Assembly (NCBI GenBank): GCA_964432885.1 | Contig: CAYSPG010000001.1 | Span: 8,619-72,618 of the forward strand | Direction of reading: 5' to 3' | DNA from: an uncultured Flavobacteriaceae bacterium | GTDB lineage: Bacteria > Bacteroidota > Bacteroidia > AKYH767-A > OLB10 | Length of the DNA: 64,000 nucleotides | In this document: positions 1 to 9,108 of the stretch, piece by piece | Layout of the letters: every line of letters starts with the position of its first letter | Numbering within the stretch: position 1 is the first letter of the stretch | Notes under the pieces: model-generated | Seen by the model: the letters and a program-made list of their open reading frames with translations, nothing else | Databases searched by the model: none | What the model was told of the DNA's origin: nothing | Made by a program: the position numbers and the translations under genes

Positions 1-416
1 TTGTTGATGTATATACCAACTGGTGCGGCTGGTGTAAAAAAATGGATGCCACCACATTTATGGATGATAAGGTTGCCGACTACATGAACAAAAATTTTTA
101 TCCGGTTAAATTTAATGCCGAATCAAAGGATACAATTCACTTTAAAGGAACCAACTTTGTTTTTAAGCCCGAATTTAAAAGTAACGAACTTGCCATTTCG
201 CTGTTAAATAAGCAAATGAGTTATCCAACGTATGTTTTTCTTGACGAGCAGTTTAATCTGCTGGCACCAGTGCAGGGCTTTATGCCACCAGAAGGTATTA
301 TTCCTGTGTTAACTTACTTTGGCGAAAATATTTATAAAACAAAAACATGGCAAGAATACCAGCCACAACCTGCAGCAGCACCAGCAGCAACGCCACCGCC
401 TGGTGAAACAAAATAA
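1..416 (+). CDS. thioredoxin-fold protein (thioredoxin_7/DUF255-like), N-terminus outside window
   Basis: Frame is open from base 3 (VDVYTNWCGWCKKMDATTF...), so the ATG at 42 is internal. WCGWC CxxC redox motif; Pro/Ala-rich tail; stop at 414-416. Confidence 0.7.
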   Translation, partial: VDVYTNWCGWCKKMDATTFMDDKVADYMNKNFYPVKFNAESKDTIHFKGTNFVFKPEFKSNELAISLLNKQMSYPTYVFLDEQFNLLAPVQGFMPPEGIIPVLTYFGENIYKTKTWQEYQPQPAAAPAATPPPGETK

Positions 417-428
417 AATTCAGCATCT

Positions 429-472
429 AAAAAAAATCCCCATACCTTTATTTAAAGTATGGTTTTTTTTTT
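429..472. terminator. bidirectional intrinsic terminator between convergent genes
   Basis: A8 (429-436), stem ccatac 440-445 / gtatgg 457-462, T10 (463-472). Confidence 0.6.
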
Positions 473-481
473 GAATGAGTT

Positions 482-1870
482 TTAAAGTTTATATACAGGA
501 ATTTTAACAGTTGCCCTTTCGGTTATAACTTCAAGGAAATAAACCCCGATAGCCAAATCTGCAATTGAAATATTGGCCTTGTCAATAGACGTGAAATGGT
601 ATGACGAAATTCTCTTTCCACTTACATCATACATTTTTGCGGTAACTGCTTTTTGCACATCGGTAAAGTTTAAATACAAATTGCTGCTTGCAGGATTAGG
701 AAATACCGAAACTAAACTCTGTGCATTGTTTTCGATTAAGCCCGATACAATAAAAAAGTGGCAACCCGAAGTGTCGGTACAGCCGTTTTGTGTAATTATT
801 ACAGCATAGTTGCTTGTAAATGTAGGTGTGTAAAGCTGTGATGTGGCACCGGTAATAATTGTGCCGGTGCTGCAATTATACCATTGATAAGAAACTCCGG
901 TTGCATGTGCTGCCAGCGATGATGTGTTTTGTAGCACAAGCGTATCAAGTGCAGGTTTTACTGTGAGCATAAGTTGCACCGTAGAGTCGCAGCCGCTGGA
1001 TAATGGAAAATGCGCGTAATAAACACCACTGCTTGTGTACGTTTGTCCGTTAAATGTGTAGCTGTCGCCATTACAAATGGTATCGGTATAGGTAACAATA
1101 TTGTTTACACCACCCACCCAGTTGCTGGTGTTTCCGGTAAGTGCAAAATTGTTAAGCGCACCGTTGCTTGTTCCGGTTTCGTCAATCAAAGTATTTAGTC
1201 CGGCATTGTTTCCTGATGGAATACCCTGGTTAAAACGATAATAAAGTTTTAAAGCTGCATCCGATGTGTCTGCACCATTATTATACATGCAACCAATTTC
1301 TGAAGGGGTAAGTGTGCGGTTCCACAGTGCCACTTCATCAGCTTTGCCATTAAAGTAATAGTTGGTGGTTTGGTACATCATTCCACCAATGTAAAACATT
1401 TCGTTGGCATTGGTTATTGTTCCGGTGGCGGCAACCGAGTCAACGGCTTGTGCATTATGATACAATCGTAGCCACGCACCGTCATAAGTTAATGCATAAT
1501 GTTGCCATGTATTTAATTGCAAACCTTGTGATACAATATTGTGTACTGTGCCGGCACTGTTTATAAAACGGGCTTCAACACTGGTGGCAGTGTATTGCAA
1601 AATGTAAAAATCGGCATCCAGATTATTACGTATGCCGCCAAAGCCATCAAAATCGGGAAATACCGGAGCAGCATTGCGTGGGTACACCCACATGGCTAGC
1701 GAAATGTTTGATGAGCCGGCAATAAGCGATGAGCCCTGTGGTGAGGTTACAAAGTCGTTGCTGCCATCAAAGTCGAGCGCATTGGAGCCTTGTGCATTTA
1801 AGCGGTTTGTTGCCGAAATTAAAAACAGCACAGCAAATGCAATAAATAAATTTTTGTAATTGTTTTTCAT
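482..1870 (-). CDS. secreted LamG/concanavalin-like domain protein with T9SS C-terminal sorting domain
   Basis: Signal peptide (…LISATNRLNAQ). LamG-type jelly-roll signatures (ALDFDGSNDFV, ISLAMWVYP, GKADEVALWNRTLTPSEI). C-terminal VFPNPASSNLYLNF…GVYFLEV typical of T9SS CTDs. Confidence 0.8.
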   Translation of the reverse strand: MKNNYKNLFIAFAVLFLISATNRLNAQGSNALDFDGSNDFVTSPQGSSLIAGSSNISLAMWVYPRNAAPVFPDFDGFGGIRNNLDADFYILQYTATSVEARFINSAGTVHNIVSQGLQLNTWQHYALTYDGAWLRLYHNAQAVDSVAATGTITNANEMFYIGGMMYQTTNYYFNGKADEVALWNRTLTPSEIGCMYNNGADTSDAALKLYYRFNQGIPSGNNAGLNTLIDETGTSNGALNNFALTGNTSNWVGGVNNIVTYTDTICNGDSYTFNGQTYTSSGVYYAHFPLSSGCDSTVQLMLTVKPALDTLVLQNTSSLAAHATGVSYQWYNCSTGTIITGATSQLYTPTFTSNYAVIITQNGCTDTSGCHFFIVSGLIENNAQSLVSVFPNPASSNLYLNFTDVQKAVTAKMYDVSGKRISSYHFTSIDKANISIADLAIGVYFLEVITERATVKIPVYKL

Positions 1871-1907
1871 GATATAGAGTGTTTTTAAATTGTTTTTTTT
1901 AAAGCTT

Positions 1908-1915
1908 CAAAAATA
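1908..1915 (-). promoter_or_regulatory. Bacteroidota -7 promoter box (TAttTTTG) for the LamG/T9SS gene
   Basis: Exact TAnnTTTG on the minus strand, 37 nt upstream of the ATG at 1870. Confidence 0.45.
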
Positions 1916-2054
1916 AATATTCTTTGGTATGGGTTACACCATTGGATATGTACCTAATCTTAGTTATTCAATAATAAAATTACAAACCGATGTTTTATTA
2001 TATATACATTTTTTCAATTTACGTTAGCACAATAAATTCAGTACATTTACCCAG

Positions 2055-2735
2055 ATGAAAAGATTTGTTTTGCTTTTTTCTTCCTTTTTGCTTGTGCATT
2101 TGGTTTGCTTTTCGCAAGAGGAGCCCAAAAATATTTTTGTTGGCGGGGCATCTTATTACGCTAAAAAGTTTCAGGGGCGCAAAACATCCAACGGTGAAAT
2201 TTTTTCGAATTTTGAGATGACCTGTGCTCACCGCAAACTTCCATTTAATACCATGTTAAAAGTTACCAATCAAAAAACGGGCATAAGCACCATTGTGCGT
2301 GTAAACGACAGAGGCCCGTATAAAAAAAATCGGATTATTGATTTGAGTGAACAGGCAGCACGCATAGTTGGCAGCTACATGCATGGGGTAACCCGTGTTA
2401 AAATTGAAAAATTAGATCCGGCCATTATTCCATTTAACATTGACAGTATTGGTGTAAATGTAATTTTTGACCGCGAAGGAAATGTTGTAAACCGAACTTC
2501 ATATTGTTTAAGTATTATGCATACGCAAGATTTTCAACATGCGTATATGCTTGCTGCATTAATGAGCGAGCAGGAATACATACAACCCATTTATCTTGAA
2601 AAAAAGCAAACAAAAAAAGGCAATCATTACCACTTGCTTATTGCCAACATCGAAACCAAACAGGAAGCCTTTAAGCTTAAAGATTTTTGGGAACGAAAAG
2701 GTTTTATGAATGTAAGTGTGTTTGAGAAGTTTTAG
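2055..2735 (+). CDS. rlpA: septal ring lytic transglycosylase RlpA family protein with C-terminal SPOR-like domain
   Basis: Signal peptide. Double-psi beta-barrel motif ASYYAKKFQGRKTSNGEIF…VRVNDRGPY. SPOR-like C-terminus (HYHLLIANIETKQEAFKLKDFWERKGF). Confidence 0.85.
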   Translation: MKRFVLLFSSFLLVHLVCFSQEEPKNIFVGGASYYAKKFQGRKTSNGEIFSNFEMTCAHRKLPFNTMLKVTNQKTGISTIVRVNDRGPYKKNRIIDLSEQAARIVGSYMHGVTRVKIEKLDPAIIPFNIDSIGVNVIFDREGNVVNRTSYCLSIMHTQDFQHAYMLAALMSEQEYIQPIYLEKKQTKKGNHYHLLIANIETKQEAFKLKDFWERKGFMNVSVFEKF

Positions 2736-2746
2736 GCTTTGGTTTT

Positions 2747-2968
2747 AGAGCCTGTTCAAATTTTTATCAAAAAAATTATATATTGCCCCGATGGGGCTTT
2801 TGCTGATGATAGTTTATTACTATTACCAACATTACGCTCCTCTGGAGCTTTTTGTTGTAATGCATAGCTCCATAGGAGCGTAATGTTGGTAAAAAATATA
2901 AAACAGGTTTTCAAAAGCCCCATCGGGGCGATATATAAAAATAAGTAAGTGAAATTTAAACAGGCTCT
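2747..2968. repeat. three-tier nested inverted repeat made of mini-hairpin units (REP/MITE-like; includes mirror-image terminator hairpins)
   Basis: Arm pairs 2747-2763/2952-2968 (16/17), 2777-2802/2912-2937 (25/26) and 2823-2848/2867-2892 (25/26), all symmetric about ~2857. Arms contain gcccc-gat-ggggc and gctcc-tct-ggagc hairpins. Confidence 0.8.
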
Positions 2969-2972
2969 TAAT

Positions 2973-4577
2973 TTATAGCACAACAAATTTTTTGCAACCA
3001 CCTCCTTTACCATCAATTTCTGTTTCAATAAAATAAATTCCTTTGGACAGCCGGCTTACATCAATTTTAAGTTCGGAATTTGTAATGAGCGAAAAGTTTT
3101 CGTCTATTGTTTTTCCTAACATGTTACACAATCGGTAACGAACAGAATAATTACTGTCTGAAAACTTTATTTTAATAAATGATGATGCAGGGTTAGGAAA
3201 CAACTCAAAACTATTTTCGCCTGAAACAGAATTCACATCTAAGCCGGCACAGTAATTTGAAACTGTATTGCTGTCGGTATATACCATCAAAAAGTTGCGG
3301 GTATGATAAACAGTATTTGTAAGTGCGAATGTGCCCGTGTAAGTTGCAGTAAGCGTGTATGAACTATCTATAAACGTATAAGGAATAAAACAAGGAAGTG
3401 AAAATGTACTATCACATTTAACAGTAATAGGAAAACGGCTAAATGTGGTGTCATTGGTTGAGTTGCCGGTAAAAATGTAACCACCATCGGCACATTTTTT
3501 CATGTTGTAAAAACATGATTGGTGCACAGGCCCCGCTTTGGCTATAATTGAGTTACCGGCATTGTCAGTAAATAAAAGCGTTGCATATTCATATCCAACC
3601 AATGTTGAACCATGAGTTCCGCCAACAATAAAATTACCGGCAGCATCCTGCAAAATAGCAGCCGGAAAATCCTGTTTTGGGCTTATGTATTTTTTAATCC
3701 ATTGAAGCGTTCCGATAGAATCATATTTTGCAATTGCAATATCACGCGAATCACCCACAACGTTTCCACCACTTAGTTCACCGGCTATACCTGCCACTGC
3801 ATAGCCACCATCATTTGTTTTGCAAATAGTGGTTGCACGTGCTGCTTTGGTTGTTGGAAAGTCAGGAACTGTTTTCCATAATTGGTTTCCGCCCGAATCA
3901 AATTTTATAATCATTAATTTGTTTCCTCCAATTGCAAATCCGCCATTGGCTGTTGCTGCCATATTTTTGCACCCATAGGTTTCCTGTGAAGCCATAAATC
4001 GTTTTTGCCAAAGTATATTTCCTGCGGGTGATAGCTTAGCATAAAAATCAGCATTAGGCAGAGGTACTCTTGTGCTTCCTGAAATAACAAAGTTTCCATC
4101 GGTGGTTTCTATTATACCAACTGCGCCTTCGTTATCGGTATGGCTTATCGAATCACCAATCATTTTGCTCCACATTACAGTTCCAGATGAATCAAGGCGG
4201 GTTACCATTATATCATAATCGGTTACAGAATCGGGAGACAAAACAAAACCGCAAATAATAATTCCACCATCACTTAATGCTACCATGCCTTTTGCATGAA
4301 GTGTGTTATTGCCTACAGAAGTGTTATAGTAGTTGCGATTCCACTTTGCGTTTCCGGTATTTGAAAATTTTGCTATGTATAACTGGCTTGTTCCTGTAAA
4401 AAAATCAGTGTATTGGCTGCCGTGTTCAAAAAAATCGCCATGCACATTTTGAACAATGCAACGACCCGTCATGCTTTGTGGTGTTGCAATTTTATGTTTT
4501 TTCTCAAAAATGGTTTGAGCAAAAGATGGATAGCCGCTTGCAAAAATCAGTAGTGCGATATAAATTTTAATCTTCAT
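2973..4577 (-). CDS. secreted repeat (beta-propeller-like) protein with T9SS C-terminal sorting domain
   Basis: Signal peptide. Recurrent DGG[YF]xxxG / DGNFxxxG units. C-terminal LFPNPASSFIKIKF…GIYFIE. Confidence 0.75.
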   Translation of the reverse strand: MKIKIYIALLIFASGYPSFAQTIFEKKHKIATPQSMTGRCIVQNVHGDFFEHGSQYTDFFTGTSQLYIAKFSNTGNAKWNRNYYNTSVGNNTLHAKGMVALSDGGIIICGFVLSPDSVTDYDIMVTRLDSSGTVMWSKMIGDSISHTDNEGAVGIIETTDGNFVISGSTRVPLPNADFYAKLSPAGNILWQKRFMASQETYGCKNMAATANGGFAIGGNKLMIIKFDSGGNQLWKTVPDFPTTKAARATTICKTNDGGYAVAGIAGELSGGNVVGDSRDIAIAKYDSIGTLQWIKKYISPKQDFPAAILQDAAGNFIVGGTHGSTLVGYEYATLLFTDNAGNSIIAKAGPVHQSCFYNMKKCADGGYIFTGNSTNDTTFSRFPITVKCDSTFSLPCFIPYTFIDSSYTLTATYTGTFALTNTVYHTRNFLMVYTDSNTVSNYCAGLDVNSVSGENSFELFPNPASSFIKIKFSDSNYSVRYRLCNMLGKTIDENFSLITNSELKIDVSRLSKGIYFIETEIDGKGGGCKKFVVL

Positions 4578-4588
4578 ACTTTACTTTA

Positions 4589-6229
4589 TCACGTTTGAAT
4601 TACTCCAACATTATACTGTTTTGTCGCAGGCGCATTGTTTGCCATTTCAATTCCCATCGAAATTATTTTGCGGGTATCAACAGGATCAATAACGGCATCA
4701 AGCCACAGGCGCGAGGCGGCATAGTAAGGCGAAATTTGCGAGTTGTATTTATCTGTTATGGTTTTTAAAAGCGCTGATTCTTCTTCTTTCGTTATTTCTT
4801 TTCCTTTTGCTTTTAATGTGCTTACCTGTATTTGCAATAATGTTTTGGCTGCCGATGCCCCGCCCATTACTGCAATTTGTGCTGTTGGCCATCCTACTAT
4901 TAATCGCGGGTCGTACGCTTTGCCGCACATGGCATAATTGCCTGCGCCATACGAGTTGCCAATTACAACCGTAAACTTAGGCACTACTGAGTTGGCCATT
5001 GCGCTTACCAGTTTGGCTCCGTCTTTAATTATGCCACCGTGCTCGCTGCGGCTGCCCACCATAAAGCCGGTTACATCCTGTAAAAACACCAATGGAGTTT
5101 TACGTTGATTGCAGTTCATTATAAAGCGCGCTGCTTTATCGGCACTGTCGCTGTAAATTACACCGCCCATTTGCATTTCGCCTTTTTTACTTTTTACCAC
5201 TTTGCGTTGATTGGCAACTATGCCCACCGCCCAGCCATCAATGCGCGCAGTGCCGCACACAATGCTTTGTCCGTATTTTTCTTTGTACTCATCAAACTCG
5301 CTGTTATCGGTTAGGCGGTAAATTATTTCGTGCATATCGTACTGCTTGGTTCCGTCAACAGGTATTATGCCGTATATTTCTTTTTCTTTTTTTGCAGGAG
5401 CTGCCGGTTGAGCTCTGTTAAAGCCGGCTTTATCGGTATCGCCAAGTTTTGCAACAAGCCGTTTAATATAGTCGAGGCATGATGCATCATCGGCAAATTT
5501 ATTATCGGTAACTCCTGAAATTTCGCAGTGGGTGGTGGCACCTCCCAATGTTTCGTTATCTATATCTTCACCTATTGCAGATTTTACCAGGTAACTTCCG
5601 GCCAAAAACACCGAGCCTGTTTTGTCAACAATCATTGCCTCGTCACTCATAATGGGCAGGTAAGCACCACCCGCCACGCAGCTTCCCATAATGGCAGCAA
5701 TCTGTATTATCCCCATCGAGCTCATTACAGCATTGTTGCGAAAAATGCGACCGAAGTGTTCTTTGTCAGGAAATATTTCGTCCTGCATGGGTAAAAAAAC
5801 TCCGGCACTGTCAACCAAATAGATTATAGGAAGTTTATTTTCGATAGAAATTTCCTGCGCACGTAAATTCTTTTTTGCTGTCATCGGAAACCAGGCTCCT
5901 GCTTTTACAGTGGCATCGTTGGCAACAACTATGCATTGCCGGCCGCTTACATAACCAATAACCACCACCACACCTGCTGATGGGCAACCACCCACATCGG
6001 CATACATGCCATCGGCAGCAAAGGCTCCCACTTCAAATTGCGGTGCATCTTTATCAAGCAAATAGGCTACCCGCTCGCGTGCAAGCATTTTGTTTTTTTC
6101 TTTTTGCTTAGCCGCGCTTTTTTTACCACCGCCTTCGTATATTTTTTCAAGCTTATTGTTTAGTTGAACAATAAGCGAACGGTAATTATCTTCGTTTTTA
6201 TTAAACTCAATATTTTGTTTTTCTGACAT
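4589..6229 (-). CDS. acyl-CoA carboxylase carboxyltransferase (beta) subunit, methylcrotonoyl/propionyl-CoA carboxylase type
   Basis: 546 aa with two carboxyl-transferase halves (…LARERVAYLLD…, GSCVAGGAYLP, YGAGNYAMCG). Confidence 0.85.
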   Translation of the reverse strand: MSEKQNIEFNKNEDNYRSLIVQLNNKLEKIYEGGGKKSAAKQKEKNKMLARERVAYLLDKDAPQFEVGAFAADGMYADVGGCPSAGVVVVIGYVSGRQCIVVANDATVKAGAWFPMTAKKNLRAQEISIENKLPIIYLVDSAGVFLPMQDEIFPDKEHFGRIFRNNAVMSSMGIIQIAAIMGSCVAGGAYLPIMSDEAMIVDKTGSVFLAGSYLVKSAIGEDIDNETLGGATTHCEISGVTDNKFADDASCLDYIKRLVAKLGDTDKAGFNRAQPAAPAKKEKEIYGIIPVDGTKQYDMHEIIYRLTDNSEFDEYKEKYGQSIVCGTARIDGWAVGIVANQRKVVKSKKGEMQMGGVIYSDSADKAARFIMNCNQRKTPLVFLQDVTGFMVGSRSEHGGIIKDGAKLVSAMANSVVPKFTVVIGNSYGAGNYAMCGKAYDPRLIVGWPTAQIAVMGGASAAKTLLQIQVSTLKAKGKEITKEEESALLKTITDKYNSQISPYYAASRLWLDAVIDPVDTRKIISMGIEMANNAPATKQYNVGVIQT

Positions 6230-6292
6230 AGGCAGCGAAGATAAATAGTTTAAAGTTTACGGGCTGATTGTTTATGGTTTTATAATTCAAAA

Positions 6293-6325
6293 TTTGAGTG
6301 TGTTTATTTTTTTATCATAGGTTTG
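6293..6325 (+). promoter_or_regulatory. Bacteroidota-type promoter (-33 TTTG, -7 TAggTTTG) for the M32 carboxypeptidase gene
   Basis: TTTG at 6293-6296, 21-nt spacer, exact TAnnTTTG at 6318-6325, then 19 nt to the ATG at 6345. Confidence 0.5.
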
Positions 6326-6344
6326 CAGGCTGTTATTTACTACT

Positions 6345-7835
6345 ATGAATGTAAAATATAACGAGTACAAAGCGTTGTTGCAAAAGATAGCCGATGTAAA
6401 TTACAGTTCGGCTGTGTTGCAGTGGGACCAGGAGGTGTATATGCCACCCAATGGCGCAACGTATCGCGCACAGCAACTGGCAACACTTGCCGGTATTGCA
6501 CATGAACTTGCTACGGATAAGAAATTAGAAAACCTGCTGTTGGAACTTCAGAAAGACACTTCGCTTGAATTTAAAGAAAAAGCCAATGTGCTTGAGTCGT
6601 TGCGTATTTTTTATCTTAACAAAAAGTACACTACTGATTTTGTTATTGAACTTAATAAAACCATTTCGCAAAGTTTTGTGGCCTGGCAGCAAGCCAAAGC
6701 GCAAAACAATTTTCAAATTTTTAAGCCTCATTTAAAGGCTCTTATTGATTTAAAGAAAAAAGAGTGCGAATTGCTAGGGTATGATGAGCATCCGTATGAT
6801 GCTCTTTTAAATTTGTATGAGCCAGGTTTAAAAACATCGTTTGTTACCAACCTGTTTTTGGATGTTAAAGAAAGGCTTGTTCCTTTTGTTCAATCAATTA
6901 TTGAAAAGCAAAGACCCGACACTTCTTTTTTGCATTTGCATTATGATAAACAAAGGCAATGGGACTTTGGTATTGAAATTTTAAAGCAGATAAATTACGA
7001 TTTTGAAGCGGGCAGGCAGGATATTTCAACACATCCGTTTACTACCAATTTTTCGGCACAGGATGTGCGGGTAACTACGCGCATTAACGAAACCGACTTG
7101 TTTGAAATGATTGGCAGTTGCATACACGAAGGTGGCCATGCCTTGTATGAGCAAGGGCTTAATGCCACTGAGTATGGTTTGCCATCGGGTGAGTATTTAA
7201 GTTTATCAATACATGAGTCGCAATCGCGGTTGTTGGAAAATTGTGTTGGGCGCTCACTGGCATTTTGGAAACATAATTATCCTCGCTTGCAAAATGTTTT
7301 TAATGAACAGCTTGGCAGCGTAAGTTTAGAAAAATTTTATCATGGCATAAATGCTGTGCAGCCATCACTTATTCGCACCAATGCCGATGAACTTACATAT
7401 CACTTTCATGTTATGATACGGTTTGAGATGGAAAAAGAAATTATTGAGGGTACGCTTGGCGTTGATGATTTGCCTGAGGCATGGAACAGCAAATACAAAG
7501 CATATTTAGGCATTGATGTGCCAGATGATGCGCAGGGCATTTTGCAGGATGTGCACTGGAGCCATGGCAGCTTTGGGTATTTTCCTACCTATTCGCTGGG
7601 TAGTTTTTATGCCGCGCAGTTTTATAGCCGCGCAAAAAAAGAAGTGAGCAATCTTGAATTGGAAATTGAAAATGGCAACACGCTTCCGCTGTTAAAATGG
7701 CTGCGAGAAAAAATACATAGGCATGGCCGCACCATTTTTTCGGACGAATTGTGCAAGAATGTTACGGGCGAGGTTTTAAATTTCAACTACTTTTACGATT
7801 CCGCGGTTAAAAAATACACAGAACTGTATCCTTGA
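6345..7835 (+). CDS. carboxypeptidase M32 (Taq-type metallocarboxypeptidase)
   Basis: 496 aa. HEGGHALYE zinc motif (HExxH); HESQSRLLEN and DVHWSHGSFGYFPTYSLG motifs typical of M32. Confidence 0.85.
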   Translation: MNVKYNEYKALLQKIADVNYSSAVLQWDQEVYMPPNGATYRAQQLATLAGIAHELATDKKLENLLLELQKDTSLEFKEKANVLESLRIFYLNKKYTTDFVIELNKTISQSFVAWQQAKAQNNFQIFKPHLKALIDLKKKECELLGYDEHPYDALLNLYEPGLKTSFVTNLFLDVKERLVPFVQSIIEKQRPDTSFLHLHYDKQRQWDFGIEILKQINYDFEAGRQDISTHPFTTNFSAQDVRVTTRINETDLFEMIGSCIHEGGHALYEQGLNATEYGLPSGEYLSLSIHESQSRLLENCVGRSLAFWKHNYPRLQNVFNEQLGSVSLEKFYHGINAVQPSLIRTNADELTYHFHVMIRFEMEKEIIEGTLGVDDLPEAWNSKYKAYLGIDVPDDAQGILQDVHWSHGSFGYFPTYSLGSFYAAQFYSRAKKEVSNLELEIENGNTLPLLKWLREKIHRHGRTIFSDELCKNVTGEVLNFNYFYDSAVKKYTELYP

Positions 7836-7856
7836 AAAAAAAATTTGTTTATGAAT

Positions 7857-7894
7857 CAGTTTTATAACCGCGCAAAAAAAGAAGTGAGGAATCT
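7857..7894 (+). repeat. 38-bp duplicate of an internal fragment of the upstream gene (copy of 7617-7654)
   Basis: cagttttata[g/a]ccgcgcaaaaaaagaagtgag[c/g]aatct, 36/38 identical, 240 bp apart. Followed by an 11-bp tandem gataccatcta x2 (7902-7923). Confidence 0.9.
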
Positions 7895-8026
7895 ATTTTT
7901 TGATACCATCTAGATACCATCTATACAAATAGCGCAATGAATAATCTCAGTAATACGATTTAAGGTGACAAAAATAATGTGGAACTTCAACTTTTTTATC
8001 ATCATTCTATTAAAATAAATACTACT

Positions 8027-8446
8027 ATGAATAAAATTCTATTGGCATTAACTGCCATCGCTGTTTTTGCCTGCTGTAAAAGTTCAAAGCCTGCCGCGCA
8101 GGCAACTGCCACTACCCCGGTAGCTGCCCCCGAACCCGAAGATAAACCCCTGCCTGACTCGGTGTACCGGGTTGTGATTTCTTTTATAAGCATTGGCGAA
8201 GGCATTGATGTAAGTGCCCTGCAGCAGTTGGAGGAAATTGCTGTAAACCATCAGCGTGATTTTGGAATGCCGCTGGCCAAAGAAGAATACCGGTGGGGCA
8301 GGGAAGGGGAGGTGGATGTTTGTTACAAGATGCGTGACTCATCGCGCAAAGCAAAGGATGCTTTTGTAAGGGAGGTGCGCAGTAAGTTTGCCGAAAATAA
8401 ACTTGTGCAGGTTGAGGAAAACACGGTTTGCAGGCATAAGCGGTAA
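8027..8446 (+). CDS. small lipoprotein, unknown function
   Basis: MNKILLALTAIAVFACC lipobox-like signal starts at the ATG at 8027. The listed ORF start at 7979 adds 16 aa ahead of the signal peptide. Confidence 0.5.
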   Translation: MNKILLALTAIAVFACCKSSKPAAQATATTPVAAPEPEDKPLPDSVYRVVISFISIGEGIDVSALQQLEEIAVNHQRDFGMPLAKEEYRWGREGEVDVCYKMRDSSRKAKDAFVREVRSKFAENKLVQVEENTVCRHKR

Positions 8447-8478
8447 TGAAAATTCACAAAGAATAGGCAACAAGAGAA

Positions 8479-9003
8479 ATGGGTTTGAAACTTGAACTAA
8501 TATTAAGTGACAAGACGATAAAACAGAAACCGAAGGTTGAAGCGGTTTCGAAAATGTTACTTGATAAAAAACTTAGCATTGATGACCTGATAAGGTTTGC
8601 AGATGCAGCAGATGATACGTTGAAAGCTACTTGCATTGAATCGATAGAGTTTGCAACCCGTCAGAACGCTTCTGTTGCAACCGAAAAATGTTTGAGGTTT
8701 GTTGCACAGGCACTTTTGGAAAAGGCGCCACGGGTAAAGTGGGAATCGGCAAAGGTGATTGGCAACATTGCAAAACTGTTCCCCACCAAACTTGATACGG
8801 CAATTGGTAACTTGCTGATTAACTCTGAATTTGAAGGAACTGTAGTTAGATGGTCAGTGGCATTTGCTATTGGTGAGATTTTAAAACTAAAAACAAAGCA
8901 CAATAAAAATTTGTTGCCTGCAGTTGAAGCAATTTTATTGAAAGAGCAAGATAATGCAATTAAAAAAAAATACATTGCTGCAATTAAAAAAGCTGTTAAG
9001 TAA
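8479..9003 (+). CDS. hypothetical protein, HEAT/ARM-like helical repeats
   Basis: 174-aa ORF with helical repeat character (APRVKWESAKVIGNIAKLFP…VRWSVAFAIGEILK). No catalytic motif recognised. Confidence 0.4.
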   Translation: MGLKLELILSDKTIKQKPKVEAVSKMLLDKKLSIDDLIRFADAADDTLKATCIESIEFATRQNASVATEKCLRFVAQALLEKAPRVKWESAKVIGNIAKLFPTKLDTAIGNLLINSEFEGTVVRWSVAFAIGEILKLKTKHNKNLLPAVEAILLKEQDNAIKKKYIAAIKKAVK

Positions 9004-9108
9004 ACGTAGTTGGATAGTGCGGTAGTAAAACCAACTTTTTTGAGTTGCTGTGTGCGGTTTATCAATAATTAATCAGGCAGCGACCTTTTTGTTACCAAAA
9101 AATATTTT

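Noticed and set aside
2756-3028. 90-aa ORF on the minus strand in the rlpA/T9SS intergenic gap
   Set aside because: It is a read-through of the palindromic hairpin units (2747-2968) and overlaps the 3' end of the 2973-4577 gene. It has low-complexity hairpin-derived peptide content and no start context, so I treat it as non-coding.
4577-4589. 11-nt gap between the carboxyltransferase gene and the downstream T9SS repeat protein, as evidence of a functional operon
   Set aside because: Co-orientation and a short gap suggest co-transcription, but the two products have no plausible functional link. I treat it as coincidental packing.
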